Shown here in pieces: positions 1-8,482 of a DNA stretch of 64,000 nucleotides (its first letter is position 1; each line of letters begins with the position of its first letter). Below the pieces are notes generated by a model that was not told the DNA's origin, ran no database searches, and saw nothing but the letters and a program-made list of their open reading frames with translations. A program made the position numbers and the translations under genes. The stretch lies in contig CAZUDI010000010.1 in the NCBI GenBank assembly GCA_964618975.1, positions 4,378 to 68,377 of the forward strand, read 5' to 3'. Origin of the DNA: an uncultured Bacteriovoracaceae bacterium. GTDB taxonomy: Bacteria; Desulfobacterota; Desulfomonilia; UBA1062.

Positions 1-441
1 GGTGTTGAGCCCGGGATTTGCCTTTAACAGCCTGTCGTAATATCCCTTCCCATACCCCAGCCGGCAGCCTGTCCGATCAAAGGCCACCCCGGGAACGAGG
101 ATCAAATCGATCGCACCGGGGTCAACCACCACCGTTGAAATCGGCTCGGGAATCCCGTAGCTGCCGGTGGTGAAGTGATCCTTGCTGCCAGCCGGAGAAA
201 AAACCAGCGTGCTTCCCGCAACGCGGGGAAACACGCATTCCTTGTCTTGCTCACACCAGAGGGGACCGAGATCGACCTCCCCACGAATCGGCATGTAGAG
301 GGCGACAATGTGCGCCTCCAAAAAGGAAGGCGCCCTGCAGATATGCCTGCAGATGCTCTCTTCCCGGACAAGGCGCTCCGCGTGTGGCAGAGCGTTCCTC
401 CAGGAGAGCATCCGCTGCCTGATCTGCGTTTTTCCTTCCAT
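1..441 (-). CDS. 5-formyltetrahydrofolate cyclo-ligase, C-terminus runs off window start
   Basis: Minus-strand frame from ATG at 441 contains the family signature GYGKGYYDR (codons at 57..31). The ORF has no stop before position 1, so it is partial. E. coli-like synteny zapA-ssrS-ygfA supports the call. Confidence 0.75.
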   Translation of the reverse strand, partial: MEGKTQIRQRMLSWRNALPHAERLVREESICRHICRAPSFLEAHIVALYMPIRGEVDLGPLWCEQDKECVFPRVAGSTLVFSPAGSKDHFTTGSYGIPEPISTVVVDPGAIDLILVPGVAFDRTGCRLGYGKGYYDRLLKANPGLNT

Positions 442-469
442 ATCTCTCAGAGGAGAGGACCGCCATGCA

Positions 470-665
470 CGCAAGATATCAAGGGTGCCCCCGATGATGC
501 CGTGCCCCAGTGAACCTCGAGCCTGATCTATTCATCAGACCGGGCCTGACATGCTGCTTTTAAGGCTTTTCTCAAACGAGAACATGCACACCGCAGCTCT
601 TAAATCAGGCCACATCTTCTTCCAGTGTTGGCTCTGACGGGACAAAAAGGGATCACGGGCACCCC
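470..665 (-). ncRNA. ssrS: candidate 6S RNA (ssrS) in the zapA to 5-FCL intergenic gap
   Basis: The 236-nt non-coding gap lies between zapA and the cyclo-ligase on the same strand, which is the conserved position of ssrS in E. coli. The 3'-proximal segment (revcomp of 445-460, CCUCUGAGAGAU) resembles the E. coli 6S 3' end (CUCGGAGAU). Complementary GGGUGCCC/GGGCACCC segments sit at 655-662 and 496-503. Exact ends are not determined and the structure has not been folded. Confidence 0.35.
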
Positions 666-677
666 AGGGGCTCATTG

Positions 678-971
678 TTACGTCCGAGCATCGATCTGTT
701 GCAGCAGGGCGTCAATCCTTTCGGAAACCTCTTGCCTGAGGCTCTCCAACTCCGCCTTCGTCTGGGCAACATCATCTGCCATGTTCAACATAACCAAGGC
801 GATGAGTTCCGTGGTAGTGATTGCACTCCTTTGCTGTTGAACCTCCAACACCTTTGCATCGATATAATGCGACAATGAGCGCACATGCTCTGCATTGCCC
901 CCGGCCCTAACCTTATACGCCTGCCCCAATATCTTAATCGTTACCGTGTCTTGCAAAATGTTAAAACGCAT
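678..971 (-). CDS. zapA: cell division protein ZapA
   Basis: 97 aa with a ZapA-like N-terminal segment and a C-terminal coiled coil. Sits upstream of the 6S/5-FCL locus as in E. coli. Confidence 0.8.
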   Translation of the reverse strand: MRFNILQDTVTIKILGQAYKVRAGGNAEHVRSLSHYIDAKVLEVQQQRSAITTTELIALVMLNMADDVAQTKAELESLRQEVSERIDALLQQIDART

Positions 972-1173
972 CCAATGTGCTTATCAGTTGTGACACCTTC
1001 TGTTGGGTGTGTTCCCTCTCGGATGTGAGAGAGACGATCTCCTGTTTCAGCCCTCTTGCCTCTTCCTCCTTTTCCTTTAACGTATTTGCCAAGCCCTCAT
1101 TCTTCTGTTGCAGATCGTCTACCATTTCCAGTAAATGGATTATCTTTTTTTCAAGGATATCCAGCAACTCCAA
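961..1173 (-). CDS. zapB: ZapB-like coiled-coil cell division protein
   Basis: 70 aa, entirely heptad-repeat coiled coil (LEKKIIHLLEMVDDLQQKNEGL...). Directly upstream of zapA with an 11-nt overlap. Confidence 0.6.
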   Translation of the reverse strand: MELLDILEKKIIHLLEMVDDLQQKNEGLANTLKEKEEEARGLKQEIVSLTSEREHTQQKVSQLISTLDAF

Positions 1174-1518
1174 TCTTCTCTCCTTCTCAGTGCCTTATCT
1201 TTTAATTATACATCCAGTCTACCTACTTAAGTCAAGCGGCGAATGTGAAGACAATTTTCACAATCATGGGCATCATCTCCGGGACTAACCTTGGAACCCT
1301 CTTGATGCCACAAGCAGCTCAAGAGGCGCCCCAGAGTGATTTCCTCTCAAGATCTTCTACTCTCGCCCCCCCGAGGAAGCACCTGGAGGTCCACGTGGGG
1401 TATGGCCTTGGATTGCGACTTTCCCTTTTGCCTTCGGGTGTCGAACATGCTAAAGAATTCAGAAATCATCGGGATAGTTCCGATAGGTGTGATAAACGAA
1501 GCGCCGGGAGGACATACC

Positions 1519-2013
1519 ATGGAGCATTCCTATCTCGAAAAGGTCTACGATTTGGCCAAGGAACTCAATCGGGCCCTGGACATCAAATCCATCCTCGATA
1601 CCGTCACTGATCACCTGCCCGGGGTAATCGGCGCCAAATACTGCTCCCTGTTTGTCAGGAACGTCGCCTCGGGAGAACTGGAGATCAAGGCCCACAACCA
1701 CCCCGATATCGGCGAAGACCCCTTCATCCATGTCAACTCTGAGCAGGATAGCATCATGAACCTGGCGATCGCGCGCAACACCTCTCTTGTCATCCGTGAC
1801 ATCGAGGAGGAGATGGGCTTCCGGAACAAGGAAAAATACACCACGAAATCATTTATGTGCATCCTTCTGCGCCATGAGGACGAGATCAAGGGCATCATCA
1901 ATCTGGCCGACAAGACCAACAGTGGCTTTTCCCGGGAGGATATGATGATCGCCTCCACCATCGGGGAACTCCTCGGGGCGCTGCTCGCGCGCATCGACCT
2001 CGCCTCCATCTGA
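1519..2013 (+). CDS. GAF domain-containing protein
   Basis: Start chosen at ATG 1519 with a GGGAGG RBS 7 nt upstream. The longer ORF from 1336 has an Arg/Trp-rich, non-protein-like N-terminus. The remaining 164 aa show a GAF fold pattern. Confidence 0.6.
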   Translation: MEHSYLEKVYDLAKELNRALDIKSILDTVTDHLPGVIGAKYCSLFVRNVASGELEIKAHNHPDIGEDPFIHVNSEQDSIMNLAIARNTSLVIRDIEEEMGFRNKEKYTTKSFMCILLRHEDEIKGIINLADKTNSGFSREDMMIASTIGELLGALLARIDLASI

Positions 2014-2027
2014 CACCCTCAGATGCC

Positions 2028-3119
2028 ATGGGTTTCCTCTGCGGCATTGTCGGCATCCCCAACGCAGGCAAGTCCACCCTGTTCAATCTGCTCACACAGG
2101 CCGCCGCTCCGGCCGAAAACTACCCCTTCTGCACAGTGGACCCCAATATCGGGATCGTCACCGTGCCCGATGAGAACCTGGAAAGAATCGCCAGTCACAT
2201 CCATCCGGAAAAGATCACACCCACGACCCTGAAAATCTTCGATATAGCGGGTCTGGTTCAAGGGGCCCACCGCGGAGAGGGCCTGGGAAACCAGTTCCTG
2301 GGGCAGATCCGTGGGGTAGATACCATTATTCACGTGGTCAGATGTTTCGAAAACCCAAACATCAGCCATGTCTACAATGCGGTCAATCCGGTGCAGGACA
2401 TGGAGATCGTCCTCATCGAACTGGTGATGGCGGATCTGGAGATCGTCCAGCATAGGCAGGAAAGCGTCAGCAAGGCCCTGCGGGTAGGCAAAAGGGAACT
2501 TTCCCTCGGAGAGGAGGACCAGCTCTCGCGGATGAAGGACCACCTCTCCCGGGGCGAGCCCCTCTCAAGCAACTTACCTGTCGGTGAGCGCTCCCTCATG
2601 AAGGCCTGGGGAATCCTGACGGCCAAACCCGCCGTGATCGTTGCCAACATAGACGAAGACGACCTCACGGGCGAGTCCCCCCATCTGAAGCATATCCAGG
2701 ACTGGGGTCAGGCACACGGGGTCCCGGTGATTCCTATCTGCATACGCTTCGAACAGGAGGCCTCCCAGCTGGACCCTCACGAACGCTCCGCCTTCCTGGA
2801 GTCGGTCGGGATCACCAGTTCCGGCACGCACGATCTCATCCGAACCTGCTATGAACTCCTGGACCTCATCACCTTTTACACCCCGGTAGGACCTGAGCTC
2901 CGGGCCTGGACCCTGCAGAGAGGCCAGACCCTTCATGAAGCGGCAGGGCTTGTCCATACGGATATCCAGAAGGGCTTCATCAGGGCGGATGTCATCGCCC
3001 TGAAGGACTTTCTCGCCCACGGCAGCATAGCCCGGGCCCGTGAGGCGGGCGTCGTCTTGACCGAAGGACGTGAATTCGTGGTCAGAGACACGGATATTGT
3101 GGTCATCCATTTCAGATAA
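2028..3119 (+). CDS. ychF: redox-regulated ribosome-binding ATPase YchF
   Basis: MGFLCGIVGIPNAGKSTLFN P-loop, Obg-type GTPase motifs and a C-terminal TGS domain. 363 aa is the canonical length. Confidence 0.95.
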   Translation: MGFLCGIVGIPNAGKSTLFNLLTQAAAPAENYPFCTVDPNIGIVTVPDENLERIASHIHPEKITPTTLKIFDIAGLVQGAHRGEGLGNQFLGQIRGVDTIIHVVRCFENPNISHVYNAVNPVQDMEIVLIELVMADLEIVQHRQESVSKALRVGKRELSLGEEDQLSRMKDHLSRGEPLSSNLPVGERSLMKAWGILTAKPAVIVANIDEDDLTGESPHLKHIQDWGQAHGVPVIPICIRFEQEASQLDPHERSAFLESVGITSSGTHDLIRTCYELLDLITFYTPVGPELRAWTLQRGQTLHEAAGLVHTDIQKGFIRADVIALKDFLAHGSIARAREAGVVLTEGREFVVRDTDIVVIHFR

Positions 3120-3262
3120 GAGGACTATGCGCGGGGATAAGAAGATACAGCCCCAGGAAACAACTTTATTTTCCCGTTGACATTCCGCGTCAAACAGGTA
3201 TAGCGTTATGGTGAGTGAGCAGTCGCTCTCCACTGAACTCTGTATAAGATAAGGAGGCGCAT

Positions 3263-4006
3263 ATGGCCAGAGACAAGGTTTTAGCGCGTATCAATCTCGA
3301 TGCAATCCTCTCCAACCTGGAAATCCTGGCGGCCGAGGACCATGAGTCCGCATCGCTCGCTGCACGCTGGAACGGGTGCATCGCCTTCAAGGTGGGTACC
3401 CGTGGACCGCGCACAACCCTCACCTTCTCCGATGGGGCGATATCAGTGAGGGCAGGCGTTGCCGACACCTCGGGGATCGTGCTTTTTTTCCCCAGCGAAC
3501 GCATGCTGAACAATATGTTCAGCGGGGAAGGTATCGGATTCCCCTTACCGCTGAAGGGGCTAATCAAAATCAAGGGGCTCCTCACGTTCATGAAACTGGC
3601 CCAGCGTATGGAGAAGATCCTCAAGGGCGACAATCCGCCCCTTGAGCTCAAGGCCAAGCTCATGTTGAACACCATTGCCAGGACCATGGCCGTGGTGGCC
3701 AACCATGACGAGGCACTCAAACCGAGCGCCGCCGAACTGAGAGGCACGGCCGAACTCCGAATCAAGGATGGTTATGCGGTGCATGTGAAGTTCGGCGGTC
3801 CGGTCGTGAGCGGTCACAGGGGTGCCGCACCCGACCCGGACCTGATCATGGAATTCAAGAACTCCCAGTTCTTTCTGGATCTGGCGGACGACAAGGTGGA
3901 TACTATGGCGGCCATCTGTCTGGAGGACATGCATCTGACAGGAGACCTGCACATGGGTGATATCGTGAACGGTTTTCTCGATAAAATCGGTGAGTATCTT
4001 GCATAG
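3263..4006 (+). CDS. tandem SCP2 (sterol-carrier-like) domain protein
   Basis: AAGGAGG RBS. Two repeats of an SCP2-like pattern (MF.GEG..F.....IKIKGL...MKL and EFKNSQFFLDLADDKVDTMAAICLEDMHLTGDLHMGD). No catalytic motif recognised. Confidence 0.55.
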   Translation: MARDKVLARINLDAILSNLEILAAEDHESASLAARWNGCIAFKVGTRGPRTTLTFSDGAISVRAGVADTSGIVLFFPSERMLNNMFSGEGIGFPLPLKGLIKIKGLLTFMKLAQRMEKILKGDNPPLELKAKLMLNTIARTMAVVANHDEALKPSAAELRGTAELRIKDGYAVHVKFGGPVVSGHRGAAPDPDLIMEFKNSQFFLDLADDKVDTMAAICLEDMHLTGDLHMGDIVNGFLDKIGEYLA

Positions 4007-4017
4007 GAGGATCACAG

Positions 4018-5253
4018 ATGGCCTATACATTCGCTAAATCAAGGGATCTGTTCGTGAGGGCAAACAAGGTGATCCCCCAGGGGGTCTACGGACACTTCAA
4101 TTCGGCCACCACGGTCCCCGGGTCATACCCGTACTTCATATCCAAAGCCAAGGGCCCGCGCTTCTGGGACGTGGACGGCAACGAATATATCGACTATGTC
4201 TGTGCCTACGGCCCCATGATTCTTGGGTATGCCAACGATACGGTCGACAAGGCCTTTGCCCGTCAGGCCAAGAACGGCACGGCCACCATGCCGCCCTCGA
4301 CCCTGCTCATCGATCTGGCGGAGCGCATGGTGGCGGTCAACGATTGCGCCGACTGGGCGATGTTTGCCAAGAACGGGGCCGACACCACCTCCTGGGCCCT
4401 GTACATTGCCCGCGGTTACCGCAAGCGCAACAAGATCATCCTCACCAAGGGTGGCTACCACGGGACCCAACCCTGGGCCGGCAGCAATCACACTGGCATT
4501 TCCCCCAATGACACCAAGGATATCGTCCTGGTGCCCTGGGGTGACCCGGTGGCCTTCCAGCAGGCCGTGGAGGAGAACAAGGGTCAGATCGCCGGCGCCA
4601 TGTTCACGCCCTATCACCACCCGGTCTTCGCTCACTCGCAGCTTCCCGCCCCTGGCTTCTGGAACACCATCAGACGCATCTGTGACGAAAACGAGATCGT
4701 GCTTATCATCGACGATGTGCGAGCGGGATGGAGACTCGACCTGAAGGGGTCGGCCCACCTGTTCGGGTTCAAGCCCGACCTGGCCTGCTATTGCAAGGCC
4801 ATTGCCAATGGTTATCCCATATCGGCCTTGGTAGGCTCCGAGAAGATGAAGCAGACGGCCTCCAAGGTCTTCCATACCGGTTCTTACTGGAACAACTCGC
4901 CGGAGATGGCCGCGGCATTGGCATGTATCGACGAGATGGAACGCATCGACGCCCCCCGCATCTGCAGGGAACGCGGTGAGCAGCTGCGCGAGGGACTCAT
5001 TGCCCGGGCACAGGCGCACGGGCTTCAGTTCGAGGTTTCAGGCCCAATGGCGATGCCGTTCATCAAATTCGCCAACGAGACCAATTTCAAACGCTCCCAG
5101 CTCTTCTGCAAGGAGTGCTCGCTTAGGGGGGTGTATTTCCTGTGGCATCACAACATGTTCATCTCCGCCGCCCACACCGCAAAGGATATCAAGCAAACCC
5201 TGGAGGTGTCGGATGAGGCCTTCAAGATCGTGAAGAAGGAATTCGGTTCCTGA
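4018..5253 (+). CDS. class-III PLP aminotransferase (glutamate-1-semialdehyde aminomutase-like)
   Basis: AGGAGG RBS. Aminotransferase class-III fold with DDVRAGWR in the position of the GSA-aminomutase DEVMTGFR motif. 411 aa. Confidence 0.85.
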   Translation: MAYTFAKSRDLFVRANKVIPQGVYGHFNSATTVPGSYPYFISKAKGPRFWDVDGNEYIDYVCAYGPMILGYANDTVDKAFARQAKNGTATMPPSTLLIDLAERMVAVNDCADWAMFAKNGADTTSWALYIARGYRKRNKIILTKGGYHGTQPWAGSNHTGISPNDTKDIVLVPWGDPVAFQQAVEENKGQIAGAMFTPYHHPVFAHSQLPAPGFWNTIRRICDENEIVLIIDDVRAGWRLDLKGSAHLFGFKPDLACYCKAIANGYPISALVGSEKMKQTASKVFHTGSYWNNSPEMAAALACIDEMERIDAPRICRERGEQLREGLIARAQAHGLQFEVSGPMAMPFIKFANETNFKRSQLFCKECSLRGVYFLWHHNMFISAAHTAKDIKQTLEVSDEAFKIVKKEFGS

Positions 5254-5257
5254 GAAC

Positions 5258-5299
5258 GGCCTCTGCGCTTGCCCCCCCGAGGGGGCAAGCGCAGAGGCC
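5258..5299 (+). terminator. GC-rich 19-bp perfect stem-loop 5 nt after the aminotransferase stop
   Basis: ggcctctgcgcttgcccccc-cga-gggggcaagcgcagaggcc. No U-tract follows, so it is either a terminator lacking a T-run or an mRNA-stabilising hairpin. Confidence 0.5.
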
Positions 5300-5350
5300 G
5301 CAGTCCTGCCTGGTGCTATTTCGGCCTTCGTCCACAGCCCGCCCTGATCC

Positions 5351-5450
5351 CCTCGACGCTGCAAGTAGTAAGGGCATTGGTCCCATAGCGAATCAGGGGT
5401 CTAAACCCCAGGGCAAGCCTAAGGATCCTGCTTTCCGCTGCAAGCAGCGG
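5351..5450 (+). repeat. composite copy of the dispersed intergenic repeat family (hairpin+Y modules, then X+hairpin modules)
   Basis: cctcgacgctgcaagtagtaagggcattggtcccatagcgaatc, then ccccagggcaagcctaaggatcctgctttccgctgcaagcagcgg. Matches the copies at 21731, 52232, 54468(rc) and 61032. Confidence 0.8.
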
Positions 5451-5708
5451 TAAATTTGCCCCTCAGGCAATCAAAGGCCGCCCCTCCACCATGGGGGAGA
5501 TTGCGAGTCCTGCGCGAAAATGCTCTCCATAGGATCAAGCAAGTCGCCCCCGGGACAAAGGGGGCCTTACGGCAGATCTGCAGAACATCGCCCAACTCAT
5601 CCCCTGAACCCAGGACCCATGGTCCAGAGATAAGGTGTCTTGAAGTATCGGGCGAATCTGCGACTTCTGGGGATGGTGATCCCCAGGGTTTAAGCTTCAG
5701 GAAAACTC

Positions 5709-5741
5709 CGGCAGCCCTTCCCCCGCGGGGAAGGGCTGCCG
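5709..5741 (-). terminator. rho-independent terminator for the DUF3332 lipoprotein gene
   Basis: cggcagcccttcccc-gcg-gggaagggctgccg stem. On the minus strand it is followed by GAGUUUUCC. Confidence 0.6.
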
Positions 5742-5761
5742 CGTGAAGAAGCCTTTATTCT

Positions 5762-6304
5762 TTATTGGACGATGAGCCCCTGTCGCCCCTGCTCGACTTC
5801 CTGCGGCGAGAAGTATCTGATCAGGTGCTGGTTGCCGTCATACACAGAGACCCCTCCCAGCGTGTCGCGAGAAGAGGTGTAAAGGATCTTTCCGCCACCA
5901 TCGTGCATAAGCACTCCGGCAGGATCACGCTCCAGGATCAGCGCCCCGGGGGCACCCTCCGCCTCGATGGTGACTGTGTCCGCAATCTGGTCATAATGCA
6001 TGACGGCACCCTGTGCTTGCTTGCTCACCACATTGGTATTGCTGTTGCCTGAGGCCAGCGGATTCTCGCCGGTCCAGAACTCGATCGTATTGAATATCAC
6101 GGCATCACCGATCATGGCGATGCTGTAAACCGGCACGATCACGACTGCCAGGAAAATCAGCTCGTCCATCCATTTTTCCTGTTGCTGCCGGTGAATATCA
6201 TAAACGGCCCTGGTGAGCTTGAACGTGCCCGTACACCCGGTGAAGATCATACCGATAACCGCCAGTGCCACAACCAACCTTTTCATGAGATCCCTCCTGG
6301 TCAA
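5762..6304 (-). CDS. DUF3332-family lipoprotein
   Basis: Lipobox-like signal (LAVIGMIFTGC). Conserved DUF3332 core (YDIHRQQQEKWMDELIFLAVVIVPVYSIAMIGDAVIFNTIEFWTGENP). Confidence 0.7.
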   Translation of the reverse strand: MTRRDLMKRLVVALAVIGMIFTGCTGTFKLTRAVYDIHRQQQEKWMDELIFLAVVIVPVYSIAMIGDAVIFNTIEFWTGENPLASGNSNTNVVSKQAQGAVMHYDQIADTVTIEAEGAPGALILERDPAGVLMHDGGGKILYTSSRDTLGGVSVYDGNQHLIRYFSPQEVEQGRQGLIVQ

Positions 6305-6446
6305 AAGATTTAGTGCTTCAACGTATGGTTATAATCATTTCTGGTGGTGAATGCAACGGCTGTCCGGATACCTTTCCTGGCCTTTCGCCGCTGACACCCC
6401 AGGAAGCATGTCTGGGACCAGGACAGGGCTCCGAGGGAGCGGCACT

Positions 6447-6722
6447 TTACGGTTCAGCCCCTTTAAACCGGTTCATACGGTAGACGAAGGCCAGAATCTC
6501 GGCCACCACCTGGTAGAGTTCCTCGGGAATCTCTTCATTAATCTCAAGATGATAGAGGGCATCCAACAGGGCCTTGTCCCTCTGGATGGGTATATTGTTT
6601 TCCCGGGCCAAGGCGAGGATCCTATCCGCAAGGTCCCCGGCGCCCCGCGCCGTTACCCGCGGGGCTGGATCGCGCCCCCGTTCGTACCTCAGGGCCACCG
6701 CCTTGCGTCTTTCGCCATTCAT
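6447..6722 (-). CDS. FlhB C-terminal domain-like protein (YlqH/EscU family small protein)
   Basis: 91 aa. ARGAGDLADRILALARENNIPIQRDKALLDALY matches the FlhB/YscU C-terminal cleavage-domain fold. Confidence 0.8.
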   Translation of the reverse strand: MNGERRKAVALRYERGRDPAPRVTARGAGDLADRILALARENNIPIQRDKALLDALYHLEINEEIPEELYQVVAEILAFVYRMNRFKGAEP

Positions 6723-7471
6723 ACCAGCACATCCAAACCTGTCGGCCGGGGCCTGTGGAGTACTTCCAGCCGTTTGATACCCAAGGATTCGAGCCGTTCG
6801 AAGAGCTCGATGGCATGGTCCCGCAGAAGATCCGCACTCTCAGGTGTCTCGGTGAAAATCTCCACATCCAAACCGTCATCTAGCCGTGCCGTGGATTCGA
6901 TATGTCCCAGATGATCGGTGTGCATGTCAAAGCGGACGAGGTAGCCCCGGGATTGACCCCTCTCGATGGTCACCCGCGCCCTTCCTCCCGAGTCGTCGTC
7001 CACCACGGGGATAAGCAGGGTGGCCAAGGCCTCGGGGTGTCCCAGCAGATCATCCAGCAGGGTCCCAATGGCCTGTGCGTGAGAGGCGTCCTTGGGTGCC
7101 TGCAGGGCCTGTTCAAGGATGTTCTGAACGCTGAAGGAGCGCACCGGTCTGTCTCCCAGTCTGCCCACCAGACGCTCGACAAAGGCTTCAAGAATCCGTG
7201 TATTCTCCTGAGACCGGCTCGCTTCCGGCTCCACCTTGAGGACCACCCGGGGATGGACGGCCTGCACCTTCAGATTGAGGACCTCGCCCTTGACCAGTTT
7301 CATTGAGGTCTCGACGCTCAGCCTGCGGCCAAACAGGGACACCAGCACCTGTCCATTCTTTGGTCGGCCCAGCACCGTCACCACCACCCTTCTTCCCACC
7401 TGCAGTGAAGGGACCGCTTCGCGGACAAAGATTCTGCCGGATTTCGAAGAAGCAAGGGGGGTTATCTGCAT
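6719..7471 (-). CDS. hypothetical protein, possible FliK-like hook-length-control domain protein
   Basis: 250 aa ORF overlapping its neighbours by 4 and 10 nt, consistent with an operon. Sits immediately upstream of the FlhB-C-like gene, as FliK-like genes do in other genomes. The domain assignment is uncertain. Confidence 0.55.
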   Translation of the reverse strand: MQITPLASSKSGRIFVREAVPSLQVGRRVVVTVLGRPKNGQVLVSLFGRRLSVETSMKLVKGEVLNLKVQAVHPRVVLKVEPEASRSQENTRILEAFVERLVGRLGDRPVRSFSVQNILEQALQAPKDASHAQAIGTLLDDLLGHPEALATLLIPVVDDDSGGRARVTIERGQSRGYLVRFDMHTDHLGHIESTARLDDGLDVEIFTETPESADLLRDHAIELFERLESLGIKRLEVLHRPRPTGLDVLV

Positions 7472-7908
7472 CCGGATCCGCCCTCATCAGGGGCATTGAG
7501 CTTGATCATGAGCTGAATCTCTCCCAGGGGGATGCCGGTCAGACGTGCAATGTTTTCGGGTTTCGATCCTTCCCGGTAGAGGTTCATGACCTCAGCCTTG
7601 GAATAGTGCCTGGGCTGATGATCCCCTCTGTCTGCCGAGGGCCGCAACTGCTGTACGGCCTCATCCGCGTCCCGGATCCTCTTCTCGAGGTCCTGCATAA
7701 GGCAGGTGATGAAATCTGCCTTCTCCTGTACCTGACGTACGAATTCATCGGAGAGATGGCGGGCGTCCTCGATGGCCGCGCGAAGTGCATCTATGGCCTC
7801 GGGGGAAACTCGTCTTCTGCGCTCCCGCAATATGAGGATCACGATGAACATGAGCAGGACGATCTGGACAATGATTTGTGTATAAAGGACAATCCGGGAT
7901 GGATCCAA
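7462..7908 (-). CDS. membrane-anchored protein with C-terminal HTH (DUF2802-like)
   Basis: N-terminal transmembrane segment (IVLYTQIIVQIVLLMFIVILIL) and a C-terminal sigma-70 region-4-like HTH (NIARLTGIPLGEIQLMIKL). Confidence 0.55.
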   Translation of the reverse strand: MDPSRIVLYTQIIVQIVLLMFIVILILRERRRRVSPEAIDALRAAIEDARHLSDEFVRQVQEKADFITCLMQDLEKRIRDADEAVQQLRPSADRGDHQPRHYSKAEVMNLYREGSKPENIARLTGIPLGEIQLMIKLNAPDEGGSGCR

Positions 7909-7910
7909 GG

Positions 7911-8228
7911 CTATATCACCAGATCAATGAGGTGCTTCTCTTCCGTTTCAGGGGTGTTTGTCGCATCGGACGCCTCTTTCGCCTTTGCCGCTCCTGGCCT
8001 GCCCCGCGCGGTGCCGCTCCCGGACCGACGATCTTCGGTCTGAATGGCCTGCCCCTTCTTGGACGCATTCACCTCACGGTTGCGCCTGAGACGCTCACGC
8101 GCCTCTTCCTCGGTGAGGATCTGACGGCTCACTTCGGACTGGGCAAAGGGACTCTGATTGACCTTCTCTATCCTGCCCGCCTGGGACAGTATGGTCGATA
8201 TATCAGAGGGACCAGCCATCTCTTCCAC
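7911..8228 (-). CDS. hypothetical protein
   Basis: 105-aa ORF at the head of the minus-strand cluster. Low-complexity, charged C-terminus. No motif recognised. Confidence 0.4.
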   Translation of the reverse strand: MEEMAGPSDISTILSQAGRIEKVNQSPFAQSEVSRQILTEEEARERLRRNREVNASKKGQAIQTEDRRSGSGTARGRPGAAKAKEASDATNTPETEEKHLIDLVI

Positions 8229-8306
8229 CTCTTAAACATGTATCGACCATATTGCATATCACCTTAAATCCCTGTTGGCAATTCATTGATAGATCAAAGC
8301 ACCTTT

Positions 8307-8391
8307 GATCATGGGTATGAGTCTCTGGCAGCCCCGGCACCCTCCCCTCAAAAAGCCATAAGCAGCGGGGAATGCGGCCCTTAGCAATCGA
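8307..8391 (+). repeat. copy of the dispersed intergenic repeat family (X..Y modules)
   Basis: gatcatgggtatga...agcagcggggaatgcggcccttagcaatcga. Confidence 0.7.
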
Positions 8392-8419
8392 CTGTCCGCT
8401 TGTCGACGAGCGGACAGTC
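8390..8419. terminator. perfect inverted repeat abutting the repeat copy
   Basis: gactgtccgct-tgtcgacg-agcggacagtc. Confidence 0.45.
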
Positions 8420-8482
8420 ACGGCACAGACGGAACGAGGAGTTTCTCACGCTGCATGTTCCCCGGCACCGTCCATGGCTTGC

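Noticed and set aside
175-526. Plus-strand ORFs (112 aa and 72 aa) at the window start
   Set aside because: The opposite strand encodes 5-formyltetrahydrofolate cyclo-ligase with its GYGKGYYDR signature, and the plus-strand products are Arg/Pro-rich.
442-677. 6S RNA on the plus strand (the plus-strand 5' end ATCTCTCAGAGG resembles the E. coli 6S 5' end AUUUCUCUGAGAUG)
   Set aside because: Both zapA and the cyclo-ligase are minus-strand, and ssrS is co-directional with them in known genomes. The similarity is explained equally well by the complementary 3'-end stem of a minus-strand 6S RNA.
4123-5019. 298-aa minus-strand ORF inside the aminotransferase gene
   Set aside because: It lies antisense to a gene with clear family motifs and has a Gly/Arg/His-rich composition, typical of spurious antisense ORFs in high-GC DNA.
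5456-5746. 96-aa ORF in the aminotransferase/DUF3332 intergenic region
   Set aside because: It is largely encoded by the dispersed repeat element and a terminator hairpin, and its composition is not protein-like.
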